DNA from: Myxococcales bacterium
GTDB taxonomy: Bacteria; Myxococcota_A; Polyangia; Polyangiales; DASUME01
Direction: 5' to 3'
Assembly (NCBI GenBank): GCA_047601445.1
Contig: JASGJH010000001.1
Coordinates: 4,768,001-4,832,000 of the forward strand
Length of the DNA stretch: 64,000 bases
Shown: piece by piece, positions 28,772 to 38,600 of the stretch
Numbering within the stretch: the stretch's first letter is position 1
Layout: each line of letters starts with the position of its first letter
The notes under the pieces: model-generated
The model's input: only the letters and a program-made list of their open reading frames with translations
The model's database searches: none
Told to the model about the DNA's origin: nothing
Made by a program: the position numbers and the translations under genes

Positions 28772-28801
28772 GGCCGCAAGGCCAGGGGGAGGACGAGGGG
28801 C

Positions 28802-31800
28802 ATGGTTCGTAACAGCTACGACGTCGTGGTGGTCGGTGCAGGACCAGTGGGCTCGGTGGCTGCGGTGGCAGCCGCGCGGACCGGGGCACGCGTGCTCTTG
28901 CTGGAGGCCAATCCCGAAGCCGCGCGCCGCTTCGCGGGCGAATGGCTGCATCCCACGGGAGTCGCGGTGCTCGATCGCCTGCGCATCGGCCGCCTCGAAG
29001 GCGCCGACGCACGCACGGGCTACGGCTTCGTGGTGTTCCCGGACGACGGAAGCGAACCCGTGGAGCTCGCCTATCCGAGCGGCCAGGTCGCGCTGGCCTG
29101 CGAGCACTCGAGCATCGTGGAAGCGCTGCGCGAGCGCGCCGCCTCGCTCGACGAGGTCGACTATCTGCCCCACGCGCGCGTGACCAGCATCGAGGGTCAC
29201 CGCGTGACCTTCCGCACCCGCGAGGGTGAGCACAGCGTGCATGCCGGCAAGGTCATCGGCGCCGACGGGCGCTCCTCCGTGGCGCGCAAGGCGCTCGGGC
29301 TCTCCGCCCACGGCGCCCCGGTCTCGTACATGGCCTCGGTGGAGCTGCGCGGCGTGGAGCTGCCGGTCGAGGGCTATGGTCACGTGGTGCTCGGCGGGCC
29401 CGGGCCCGTGCTCATGTACCGCATCGGGCCCGACCTGATCCGCGGCTGCTTCGACGTGCCGCTGTCGTTCGACGCCAGCCGCCGCAACCCCACCTTCCTG
29501 TGGGACGGCTTCTCGGCCGTGCTGCCGGGGCGTCTGCGACGCTCCTTCCGCGACGCGCTCGAGCGGGGACCCGTGCACTGGGCCGTCAACCGCTTCGCGC
29601 CGCGCGGCTTCTATGGGCAAGGCCCTGTCTGGCTGGCGGGCGACGCGGTGGGGCATTTCCACCCGCTCACCGCGGCGGGCATGACGCTCGGCTTCCTCGA
29701 CGCCGAGCTCGCGGGCGAGACCGGCTCGCTCACCGAATACCATCGCACGCGCGAGCGCGGCAGCTACGTGCCCGAATTGCTCTCCAACGCGCTTTACCAG
29801 GTGCTCTCCCGCGAAGACGCCAGCGCCACCGCCGTTCGCAGTGCGGTGTACCGCGTGTGGCGCAAGAGCCCGTCCGAGCGCGAGCGCACCATGCGCCTGC
29901 TGATGGGCGCCACGTCCAGCCGCTCCACCTTCGGCGCCTCGTTCACGCGCATGGCCCTGTCGGCCTTCCGCAACACCATCAGCGAGCTCTCCCAGGCACG
30001 CCGCTTCGACGCGCTGCTGCCGTCGCTCGCCTCGTACCGTGAGTGGGTCCAGTGGCCCGCTGCCTCGCTCGCACCCTCCCGCGGACGTCGCCGCTATCGC
30101 ATGAAGAGCACCTCCGAGCGCCCGCTGCCCTGGCGCGGCCTGAAGCTGCTCAAGCCCAGCCAGATCGAGGCCGCTCCCGCGGTTCCGTTGATGGAAGCCA
30201 GCGCCGAGAAGGGCGAGGGCCCCACCCTACAAGAGGCGCTCTCGCTGGCCGGTGATGCCCTGCTCGTGGAGCTCAAGCGCCTGCACGAGCGCATCGGCCG
30301 CGATCCTCACTGGATGCTGATGCGCAGCGCCACGCGCATCGTGGCTGCCATCGACGCCGCCGACCTGGGCACCAGCATGGCCGCCCGCATGGGCCTGGCC
30401 CGCCGCCCCATGGCGCGTCTCGGCATCGCGAGCCTGCTCGGCGCCTACGAAGCCGACCCGCACGTCATCCGTGCCAGCGACTTCGCCTCGTTCATGCTCA
30501 GCCTCGTCACCCCCGACGACAGCTCCACCGTGGACCGCCTCGACGACGGCGTGCGCCACTTGCTGGCCTGCCAGCGTCCCAACGGCGGCTTCGCGCCGTG
30601 GCCGCAGCCGTCGGCGCAGCCCGATCTCGCGACCACAGAGCTGGCCTGCCGTGCACTCGCGCGCTGCCGCGATCGCTACGGCGACGACGGCGCCTTCCGC
30701 TATACCGACGCGCTCTCGCGCGCCCGGCGCTTCCTGCTCTCGAGCCAGGCCAAGGACGGCAGCTGGCCCGCCAGCGAGCTCGAGGGCGTCCTCAGCAACA
30801 CCGCCCACGCCATGCGCGCCCTGTCGGCAGTCGGAGAACCCGCGGCCTCCTCGGCTTTGCGCCGCGCCGCGCGCTTCTTGGCCTCGGCCCAGTCCGAAGA
30901 CGGTGTGTTCGCCGCGCGCGCAGACGAGCGCGCTGCCACACCCGAGCTCACGGCCCGCGCCGTCAACGCCTTGCTCACCGTGCGCGGTCCCCACTGGGGC
31001 GTGATCCAGCGCGCGGTTCCTCACTTGATCGCGCGCCTGGCCGACACGGTCGCGGTCGAAGTCCGCGAAGCCCGCAGCGAAGAGGCCTGGGAGCGCTGCT
31101 GCGATCTCGTCGACGCGCTCACCGCACTCGAGGCGCAGCGCCGCGCTCGACCGCGCCCCGAGCTGTTCCGCGCCCAGCAGTCGGGCGACGACTGGGCCTT
31201 CTGCAAGGAGAGCCTGGTGGCGGTCTCGCGCACCTTCTCCAAGCCGATCGCGATGTTGCCCGGCGACCTCGAGGTCGCGGTGACCTGCGGCTATCTTCTG
31301 TGCCGCATCGCCGACACCGTCGAAGATCACCCGGCCGTGCCGCGCGGGCAGAAGGACGACCTGTTCAACCGCTTCCTGAGCGTGCTCGAGCAGGGCGGCA
31401 GCGCGCGCGACTTCTCGATCGCCTTCGAGGCCATCGAGGGTGACGACGCCGAGCTCTCGCTGGCGCGCCAACTCCCGTGCGTCATGCGCGTGTTTACCTC
31501 GCTGCCCGAAGGCATGCAGGCCGTGGTCGGTCGCTGGGTGGCCGAGATGTCGCGCGGCATGAGCCTCTACACGCACCGTGAGCCCGGAGACGACGGCTTC
31601 GTGGCCCTCTACACGGTCGAGGATCTCGAGCGCTACTGCTACTACGTGGCGGGCACCGTCGGGCACATGCTCACCGAGCTCTTCGCGGAGGCCATGGGCG
31701 ACCGCGTCGACAAGCGCACGCTGGCGGAGATGCGGCATCACGCCGAGGCCTTCGGCGCCGGACTGCAGCTGGTGAACATCCTCAAGGACGTCACCGACGA

Positions 31801-32218
31801 CCGCCAACGCCGCTGGTCCTTCATCCCGCGCGCAGCCTGCGAGCGCGTGGGCATCAGCATCGAGAACCTCACCGACGAGGACGTGCGCGACCGTGCCCAC
31901 CTGGCGGTGGCGCCGCTGTTCGACTTGGCCAAGGTCAAGCTCGACCGCGCGCTCGCCTACGCCCTGTCCATCCCCCCGGATCAAAAGGGGGTGCGCTTGT
32001 TCTGTCTGTTGCCACTCTGGATGGCGGCCCTCACGTTGGTGCACGCCCGCGGCAACGACGCCATGTTCTTGAGCGACGAAGAGGTGAAGATCTCTCGCCA
32101 GTCCGTGGAGCAGGTCATCGCGGATTGCCTCGCGCATGTATCCGATGATGCCGCGCTCAAGGCGCGCTACCGCCAACTGTGGACGGTGCGCGAAGCACAA
32201 GAAGAACGCCGCGCTTGA
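28802..32218 (+). CDS. Fusion of squalene monooxygenase, a QW-repeat (prenyltransferase/squalene-oxidase repeat) domain and squalene synthase
   Basis: GAGPVG, GEWLHPTG, ADGRSS, GDAVGHFHPLTAAGMT (SQMO); QRPNGGF, QAKDGSW, QSEDGVF (QW repeats); VSRTF, YLLCRIADTVED, YCYYVAGTVG, LQLVNILKDVTDD (SQS). GAGG precedes the ATG at 28802. Confidence 0.88.
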   Translation: MVRNSYDVVVVGAGPVGSVAAVAAARTGARVLLLEANPEAARRFAGEWLHPTGVAVLDRLRIGRLEGADARTGYGFVVFPDDGSEPVELAYPSGQVALACEHSSIVEALRERAASLDEVDYLPHARVTSIEGHRVTFRTREGEHSVHAGKVIGADGRSSVARKALGLSAHGAPVSYMASVELRGVELPVEGYGHVVLGGPGPVLMYRIGPDLIRGCFDVPLSFDASRRNPTFLWDGFSAVLPGRLRRSFRDALERGPVHWAVNRFAPRGFYGQGPVWLAGDAVGHFHPLTAAGMTLGFLDAELAGETGSLTEYHRTRERGSYVPELLSNALYQVLSREDASATAVRSAVYRVWRKSPSERERTMRLLMGATSSRSTFGASFTRMALSAFRNTISELSQARRFDALLPSLASYREWVQWPAASLAPSRGRRRYRMKSTSERPLPWRGLKLLKPSQIEAAPAVPLMEASAEKGEGPTLQEALSLAGDALLVELKRLHERIGRDPHWMLMRSATRIVAAIDAADLGTSMAARMGLARRPMARLGIASLLGAYEADPHVIRASDFASFMLSLVTPDDSSTVDRLDDGVRHLLACQRPNGGFAPWPQPSAQPDLATTELACRALARCRDRYGDDGAFRYTDALSRARRFLLSSQAKDGSWPASELEGVLSNTAHAMRALSAVGEPAASSALRRAARFLASAQSEDGVFAARADERAATPELTARAVNALLTVRGPHWGVIQRAVPHLIARLADTVAVEVREARSEEAWERCCDLVDALTALEAQRRARPRPELFRAQQSGDDWAFCKESLVAVSRTFSKPIAMLPGDLEVAVTCGYLLCRIADTVEDHPAVPRGQKDDLFNRFLSVLEQGGSARDFSIAFEAIEGDDAELSLARQLPCVMRVFTSLPEGMQAVVGRWVAEMSRGMSLYTHREPGDDGFVALYTVEDLERYCYYVAGTVGHMLTELFAEAMGDRVDKRTLAEMRHHAEAFGAGLQLVNILKDVTDDRQRRWSFIPRAACERVGISIENLTDEDVRDRAHLAVAPLFDLAKVKLDRALAYALSIPPDQKGVRLFCLLPLWMAALTLVHARGNDAMFLSDEEVKISRQSVEQVIADCLAHVSDDAALKARYRQLWTVREAQEERRA

Positions 32219-32235
32219 TCTAGGAGAGCATCCTG

Positions 32236-34260
32236 ATGGAAACGTTGAGTTCGATGGAGCGAAGCCCGAACCGAGACGTTCCTCCCAAGCCGCCCGTGTC
32301 CGAGCCCGAGCTCGACACGCAGCTCGAACAAACCATCGATCGTGCCCTCGTCCACCTCGCATCTCAGCAGAGCGAGAGCGGCGCGTGGCTGGGCGACTAC
32401 GGCGGCCCCATGTTCCTGTTGCCGATGTACATCGGCACCTGCTACGCGACGCAGACCACGATCCCCGAGGACGTGCGGGCCGACATGGTCCGCTACCTGC
32501 GCAACACGCAGAACGCGGACGGCGGCTGGGGCCTCCACGTCGAGAGCCATAGCTACCTCTTCACGAGCACCATCATCTACGCGGCCCTGCGCTTGTGCGA
32601 TGTGCCCGCCAACGATCCCGACCTGGTGCGCGCCCGCGCGTTCATCCACAAGCACGGCGGTCCCACCCACTCGGCCTCGTGGGGCAAGTTCTTCCTGTGC
32701 CTGCTCAACGTCTACGACTACCGCGGTATGAACCCGGTGCCGCCCGAGCTCTGGCTCCTGCCCAAGCAGCTCCCTATGCACCCCGGCCAGCTGTGGTGCC
32801 ACTCGCGCATGGTCTCGCTGCCCATGTCCTTCCTGTACGCCAAGCGCGTGCAGATTCCGCTCGACGAACGCGTGCTCTCCCTACGCGCCGAGCTCTATCC
32901 GCAGGGCTTCGAGGCCGTGGACTGGGAGCGCTCCCGCGACAGTGTGGCGGAGAGCGACGACTACGTGCCCGTGCACGCCCTGATGAAGGCCGCCAACCGC
33001 GTCTTGGGGGCCTACGAGGAGCTGCCCAACAAGCCGCTGCGCCCGCGCGCGCTGGCCGTGACACTGGAGCAAATCGACGCCGAAGATCAGAACACGAACT
33101 ACGTGTGTTTGGGCCCCGTCAACAAGCTCTATCACATGTGGGTCTGGCACCACGAGCGCCCCTACGGCACCGAGCTCAAGCGGCACCGCGAGCGTCTGCC
33201 CGAGTATCTCTGGAAGGCCAAGGACGGCACCAAGATGCAGGGCTATCACTCGTCGCAGCTGTGGGACACCACGTTCGCGGTTCAAGCGGTGCACGCGAGT
33301 GGCCGTGAGAACGACTACGCCAAGCTGCTCGAGCGCGCCCATCAGTTCATCGACGACAACCAGGTGCGGGAGGATCCGCCGCTCAAGGCGCAGAGCTTCC
33401 GCGACCCCACCAAGGGCGGCTGGTGCTTCTCGGCCAAAGACAACGGCTGGATCGTCAGCGACTGCACCGCCGAGGGTTTGCGCGCAGCCATGTTGCTCGC
33501 GCCCCGCGTGAAGACACCGCTCTCGAAGGACCGCCTGCTCGACGCGGTGGAGTACCTGCTGTGGAGCCAAACCCAGGGCGGCGGCTGGGCCAGCTACGAA
33601 CCCACGCGCGGCCCGCGCTGGCTCGAGAAGCTCAACCCCTCCAACTGCTTCCACAACATCATGATCGACTACCCGTACGTGGAGTGCACGGCGGCGTCGA
33701 TGCTGGCGCTCGAGCAGTTCCGCGAGCTCTACCCGAACGATCGCGAGGCCGACATCGCGCGCGCCATCGAGCGCGGCAAGAGCTTCCTGCTGCGTGAGCA
33801 GCGCTCGGACGGCTCCTTCGAGGGCTCCTGGGCCATCTGCTTCACCTACGGCACCTGGTTCGGCATCGAAGGTCTCAAGGCAGGCGGACTCGCCGAGAAG
33901 AGCGCGCCCATCCGCCGGGCATGCGAGTTCCTGATCTCCAAGCAGCTGCCCGACGGCGGCTGGGGCGAGACTGCGGAGAGCAACCTCAAGCGTACCTACG
34001 TACACGCCGAGAAGGGTCAGGCCGTGATGACAGCCTGGGCATTGCTCGCGCTGGTCGCAGGCGGCGAGGGCAAGTCACGGGCGGTGGAAGAGGGCATTCG
34101 CTTCCTGATCACCCAGCAGAGCGACGACGGCAGCTATCCGGACGAGCACATCGCCGGCATGTTCAACAAGAGCTGCGCCATTCACTACGAAAACTACCTC
34201 AAGGTCTTCCCGTTGTGGGCCCTGGGTGAGGCTCGCCGCGCACGCGGCGTGGGCAGGTGA
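32236..34260 (+). CDS. osc: 2,3-oxidosqualene cyclase
   Basis: DYGGPMFL, QNADGGWGLHVE, WCHSR, SQLWDT, VSDCTAE (OSC-type catalytic motif, not DxDD), several QW repeats. Confidence 0.95.
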   Translation: METLSSMERSPNRDVPPKPPVSEPELDTQLEQTIDRALVHLASQQSESGAWLGDYGGPMFLLPMYIGTCYATQTTIPEDVRADMVRYLRNTQNADGGWGLHVESHSYLFTSTIIYAALRLCDVPANDPDLVRARAFIHKHGGPTHSASWGKFFLCLLNVYDYRGMNPVPPELWLLPKQLPMHPGQLWCHSRMVSLPMSFLYAKRVQIPLDERVLSLRAELYPQGFEAVDWERSRDSVAESDDYVPVHALMKAANRVLGAYEELPNKPLRPRALAVTLEQIDAEDQNTNYVCLGPVNKLYHMWVWHHERPYGTELKRHRERLPEYLWKAKDGTKMQGYHSSQLWDTTFAVQAVHASGRENDYAKLLERAHQFIDDNQVREDPPLKAQSFRDPTKGGWCFSAKDNGWIVSDCTAEGLRAAMLLAPRVKTPLSKDRLLDAVEYLLWSQTQGGGWASYEPTRGPRWLEKLNPSNCFHNIMIDYPYVECTAASMLALEQFRELYPNDREADIARAIERGKSFLLREQRSDGSFEGSWAICFTYGTWFGIEGLKAGGLAEKSAPIRRACEFLISKQLPDGGWGETAESNLKRTYVHAEKGQAVMTAWALLALVAGGEGKSRAVEEGIRFLITQQSDDGSYPDEHIAGMFNKSCAIHYENYLKVFPLWALGEARRARGVGR

Positions 34261-34796
34261 CCCCCGCGCGGCTTGCCGTGCGTGTGGGTGTCATCGGTCT
34301 TGAGCACGCTGGGCGCCACCGCTTCGCCTAACTCGGGCCCCTCGTGATCGAGCAGTGAAGCCTCGTGGATGGCCTCGTCCGTGAGGTCCACTTCGTCCCA
34401 GGCATGGCTCGCGCCTTGCCCGGTGTTGAAGGGACGCGTCTGCGCCAGCCTGGGTGTATTCGGGGGCGGCGGGAGCCCGCGGGCCAAACGCTTGGTCGGC
34501 CCGTTCGCCATGGCCCTGAGCAGCGCGCGCTCCCATGATTTCAAGCTTCCCGCCTCGGCTTCGAGCTCGAGCGCGTCGCTGAGCGCGGCGCCGTCGTCGC
34601 TCGGGAAGTCGTCCTCGTTGAGTTCGCGCGGCCACTCGGAGTTCACGCTCTGCTCCACCGCCGACGCCAAGAACTGCTTGCCGAGGTCGTCTGGATCCAC
34701 GGAGAGCCCCGACTCCGCGGGCGCCACCGATCCGACCTGCTCGGAGATGTGCGTTGGCTGCGCGGTCACCGAAAGAGATGTCTTCAGCGTCGCCAT
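34194..34796 (-). CDS. Hypothetical acidic protein
   Basis: ORF fills the gap between osc and the next gene and overlaps the osc 3' end convergently by 67 nt. No recognisable motif. Confidence 0.55.
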   Translation of the reverse strand: MATLKTSLSVTAQPTHISEQVGSVAPAESGLSVDPDDLGKQFLASAVEQSVNSEWPRELNEDDFPSDDGAALSDALELEAEAGSLKSWERALLRAMANGPTKRLARGLPPPPNTPRLAQTRPFNTGQGASHAWDEVDLTDEAIHEASLLDHEGPELGEAVAPSVLKTDDTHTHGKPRGGHLPTPRARRASPRAHNGKTLR

Positions 34797-34862
34797 ACGC
34801 AATTCAATCTGGCGCCGTCGTGGGACGCTTGCCAGGTCTTTCCACCTTGCACTCGCGAAACA

Positions 34863-35729
34863 CTAGGCGGCGGAGGCGCGGCGGTACTCCGGAGACAATG
34901 CCGCTTCGCGCTTCCAGGCCTCGAGCAGGGCGCGGTTATCGTGTTGCCAGGGATGAAAGTTCACTTTGAAGAAGGCTAGATAGGGCTTGAGCAAGCTCTG
35001 TAGACCGCGCGGCCGAAACACGAAGCGACCGAGCTCGCTCCAGGCGCCGACGCTGCCGAGAATGCCGTCGGCGTGCATCAACCTCAGCTGCTGCTCCACC
35101 ACCTTGCCCCAGAAAATGGCGGTCGTACCGAGCATCACCACGGCGCGCTCGGCGTAGGTCCCGCCCACCTGCTCGAAGACGTCGAAGGCCACCGCCTTGT
35201 GCTCGTTCTCCTCGGCCGCGTGCCAGCGCCAGAGCGCCGCCATGGCCGGGTGGGCGCCCTCGAGCAAGGTCGAGTCAGGCTGGAGCAGAAGTTCGGCGAG
35301 CAACGCCGTGAAGTGCTCGAGGCAGACGGTGACCGCGAGCTGGATACGCTTGGGATCGTGGCGCACGCCCGCCAGGATGCGCTCGATGCGGCGCTCCATC
35401 GCGTCGATGGGAAACCCCTGGGCGCGCAGCATCTCGTTGTACCGTACGTGCTCGCGGCTGTGGATGCCCTCCTGGGCGCAGAACGCCTGCACTTGCCGGC
35501 GCAGGGGCTCGCTCCGAAGCTGCTCACGATAGGCCTTCACGCTGTGCACGAAGAAGCGCTCACCGGGCGGAAAGAACACCGACAGGTTGTTGAAGAGCAA
35601 CGTCACGGGCCGCGATCCGTTGTGCCAGTAGCGCGGCACCGCGGGGCCCACATCGAAGCAGAAATTTCGGATCTCGGGGATCGGCTCGGCGCCTGCTTGG
35701 TCGGGCATCGAGCGGCTCGCTTGCGACAT
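34863..35729 (-). CDS. Predicted metal-dependent hydrolase (ferritin-like ExxH family)
   Basis: FPPGERFF, QEGIHSREH, LEHFTA, WHAAEENEHKAVAFD, FHPWQHD. GGAGG SD. Confidence 0.88.
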   Translation of the reverse strand: MSQASRSMPDQAGAEPIPEIRNFCFDVGPAVPRYWHNGSRPVTLLFNNLSVFFPPGERFFVHSVKAYREQLRSEPLRRQVQAFCAQEGIHSREHVRYNEMLRAQGFPIDAMERRIERILAGVRHDPKRIQLAVTVCLEHFTALLAELLLQPDSTLLEGAHPAMAALWRWHAAEENEHKAVAFDVFEQVGGTYAERAVVMLGTTAIFWGKVVEQQLRLMHADGILGSVGAWSELGRFVFRPRGLQSLLKPYLAFFKVNFHPWQHDNRALLEAWKREAALSPEYRRASAA

Positions 35730-35999
35730 GATCTACCTCCGAGCCTGCGCACGCAGCTCTTAGAAGCCTGCGCCGCCGAGCCGTTCGCCGGTGCCTCTTC
35801 GATTGGTCATCTGAGGCCAATTCTGCGGGAAATAGCGCGGCGATTCTCCTCGCTGAGGCGTAAATGCACCGCACAGCCCCTGGACCGCATGGGAGCGCGC
35901 TACCGGATCGAACCGAAAGCCGTGCGATTCGTGCGGGCGCTTTGTGCGGAGGCGGGAGAGTCGGGCTACTTTTTCGCCGCCCTCGGAGAAAGCTCCCGC

Positions 36000-38360
36000 A
36001 TGTCGCGCTTTACCTGGTTCTTGTGTGCTTCGCTGCTGTTTGCTTGCCGTCCAGCCGCTCCGCTCGAGCTCTCGACCGCGAGTCTGCCCCCGATCTCCGT
36101 GCCCCAGGCCCCCGAGACGCCGCAAGAGCGCGCGCACGATGCCGCGTTGTTCAAGGCAGCCAAGCAGACCTTCGATCAGCGCTGCGTGGTCTGTCATGGC
36201 TGCTACGACGCGCCTTGCCAGCTGATCTTGAGCTCCTTCGAGGGCGTGACGCGCGGCGCGAGCAAGGACAAGGTCTACGAGGCGACACGCCTGCGCGCGG
36301 CCCTACCCAGCCGGCTCTTCATCGACGGCCGCAGCGTACCCGAGTGGCGCGACAAGGGCTTCCATCCGGTGCTCCCGGAAGGCATGGAGCGTGACCCTGG
36401 TGGGAGCCTCTTGTTGCGCATGCTGGAGCTCAAGCGCGAACATCCCTTGCCGCTCGGACAGGGTTTGCCCCAGGGCTTCGAGCTCGGCCTCGACCGCGAG
36501 GCCAGCTGCGCCGCACGCGAGGAGTTCCCCAAGTACAAGGAGGAGCACCCGCTGTGGGGCATGCCGTATGCGCTGCCCGGGCTCGATGAGCAGGAACACG
36601 GCAGCGTAACGCGCTGGGTGGAAGCAGGTGCACCGGCCGCACAGCTCGACACGTTGCACCCCGACGTACTCGACTCGATCTCGCGTTGGGAGGCCTTCCT
36701 CAATGAGCCGAATCCCAAATCACGCCTGATGGCGCGCTACATCTACGAGCATCTGTTCCTGGCCAACCTCTACCTTTCGGATCTGCAGCCCGCCGATACC
36801 GAGGCCGAGAGCCGCACCTTCTTTCGCCTCGTGCGCTCGCACACGCCGCATGGCGAGGCCGTGGACGAGATCCCGACGCGCAGGCCCTTCGACGACCCGG
36901 GCACCAGTGGTTTCTACTACCGCTTCGTACGCAAGCACGACACCACCCTGGCCAAGACCAACATGCCCTACGCGCTCAACGACGCGCGCATGGCTCGCTG
37001 GCGCGAGCTGTTCCTCACGCCGACCTACGAAGTCACCGAGCTCCCGTCCTACGAGCCCGAAGCCTCCGCCAATCCTTTCCGCGCCTTTCACGCCATTCCT
37101 GCCAGCTCGCGCTACCGCTTCATGCTGGACGAAGCCGAGTTCACCATGATGGGCTTCATCAAGGGCCCGGTGTGTCGTGGACAGGTGGCGCTCGACGTCA
37201 TCCAGGACCGCTTCTGGATCACCTTCGTGGACCCGGACTCGCCCGTGCTGGAGGCCGAGGACGCGTTCCTCTCGAACGTGACCGATCGCCTGGACTTGCC
37301 CGCCGGGGACGGCAGCAACGGGCACTTGTTGAGCTGGCTCCGCTATGCGCGCAACGAGAAGAAGTACCTGGAAGCCAAGAGCCAACTGCTGGCCAAGCTC
37401 GCGCAGGTGCCCGGGCGCGTGAGCCTGGACCTGGTGTGGGACGGCGACGGCAGCAACGACAACGCTGCGCTCACCGTACTCAGGCACTACGACAGCGCCA
37501 CGGTGATCAAGGGCTTCGCGGGGACGGCCCCCAAGACCGCCTGGCTGGTGAGCTACGCCATCCTCGAGCGCATCCACTACTTGCTGGTGGCGGGCTTCGA
37601 CGTGTTCGGCAACGTGGGGCATCAGCTCAATACCCGCATGTACATGGACTTCTTGCGGATGGAGTCGGAGTTCAACTTCCTCGCCTTGCTGCCCAAGTGG
37701 CGCAGGCGCCCGCTGGTGGACGCATGGTACCGCAACGTGAGCGGTTCGGTGCGAGACGAGGTCTACGGCAAGATCGCCCAGTTCAACCAGGACACGGACA
37801 TCGCGTACAAGACCAGGCAACCCGAGCTCGAGCTCTACGAGATGCTCAACAGCAAGCTCGAGCCGGTGCGGCGAGCACAGCGCGCGCTGGAGGAGGAGCC
37901 CGACGCGAGCGCGCGCGTGGCCCTGGAGCGATTGGTGGCAAGCGTGGGAATCGCGGCCTCGCTGCTGCCGGAGACGAGCTTCCTCGAAGTGCGGCGCGCG
38001 AACCAGGAGTCCGTGTACTTCACCATCTTGCGCGACAGCAGCCACACCAACGTGGCGCACATGTTCCGCGAAGATGCCCGGCGCGTGCCCGCGGAGGATC
38101 GCCTGAGCGTGCTGCGCGGCTTCGTGGGTGCCTATCCAAACGCGCTGTTCAGCGTGGCCGAGGCGGAGCTCGCGGCCTTCGTGGAGAGCGCTCTGGCCCT
38201 GCGAGACACCAACTCCTATACGCTCTTTCACGCGCGCTTCGGGGTCAGCCGCGCGAGCCCCACGTTCTGGTCCACGCTCGACGCCATGCACCGCGCCTAC
38301 GCTGCGCTTGCACCACTCGAGTCGGGCTTGTTCGACCTCAATCGCCTCGACCCCAACTAG
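36000..38360 (+). CDS. cti: Fatty acid cis/trans isomerase (heme c protein)
   Basis: Signal/lipobox, RCVVCHGCYDAPCQL, GMPYALP, YEHLFLA, FIKGPVCRGQVAL, GFDVFGNVGHQ, GLFDLNR. ATG at 36000. Confidence 0.92.
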   Translation: MSRFTWFLCASLLFACRPAAPLELSTASLPPISVPQAPETPQERAHDAALFKAAKQTFDQRCVVCHGCYDAPCQLILSSFEGVTRGASKDKVYEATRLRAALPSRLFIDGRSVPEWRDKGFHPVLPEGMERDPGGSLLLRMLELKREHPLPLGQGLPQGFELGLDREASCAAREEFPKYKEEHPLWGMPYALPGLDEQEHGSVTRWVEAGAPAAQLDTLHPDVLDSISRWEAFLNEPNPKSRLMARYIYEHLFLANLYLSDLQPADTEAESRTFFRLVRSHTPHGEAVDEIPTRRPFDDPGTSGFYYRFVRKHDTTLAKTNMPYALNDARMARWRELFLTPTYEVTELPSYEPEASANPFRAFHAIPASSRYRFMLDEAEFTMMGFIKGPVCRGQVALDVIQDRFWITFVDPDSPVLEAEDAFLSNVTDRLDLPAGDGSNGHLLSWLRYARNEKKYLEAKSQLLAKLAQVPGRVSLDLVWDGDGSNDNAALTVLRHYDSATVIKGFAGTAPKTAWLVSYAILERIHYLLVAGFDVFGNVGHQLNTRMYMDFLRMESEFNFLALLPKWRRRPLVDAWYRNVSGSVRDEVYGKIAQFNQDTDIAYKTRQPELELYEMLNSKLEPVRRAQRALEEEPDASARVALERLVASVGIAASLLPETSFLEVRRANQESVYFTILRDSSHTNVAHMFREDARRVPAEDRLSVLRGFVGAYPNALFSVAEAELAAFVESALALRDTNSYTLFHARFGVSRASPTFWSTLDAMHRAYAALAPLESGLFDLNRLDPN

Positions 38361-38600
38361 CTCACGCATGGCGCGCGAGGCGAGCGCGTCCCGGCCACAA
38401 CGAGCGCGAATTCCACGGGTGAAATGGGGTTCGCGACACATCCCCGCTGTGCCGAGGCAGGCGTGTGCGCAAGGTCAGGTGCGAAGGTGTGGGCCGAAAT
38501 CGCGTTCGAAAGCCCGCAGCTCGGGCGCCGCTTCCTTGTGATGGGAACATCGAGCGCCCTACCATCGTAAGTCCTTTTACCTCGTTCAAGGATCGTCCTG

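Noticed and set aside
30227..32362. Long antisense ORFs (this 711-aa one; also 55331-57694, 48044-49978, 25672-27243, 36720-38441 and others)
   Set aside because: Shadow ORFs opposite well-supported genes, expected from high-GC codon bias, with no motifs.
32236..34260. Squalene-hopene cyclase
   Set aside because: It has DCTAE rather than DxDD and is adjacent to a squalene epoxidase domain.
35073..35999. Apparent 309-aa N-terminal extension of Cti (1095-aa ORF)
   Set aside because: Overlaps the opposite-strand hydrolase gene. The signal peptide begins at the ATG at 36000.
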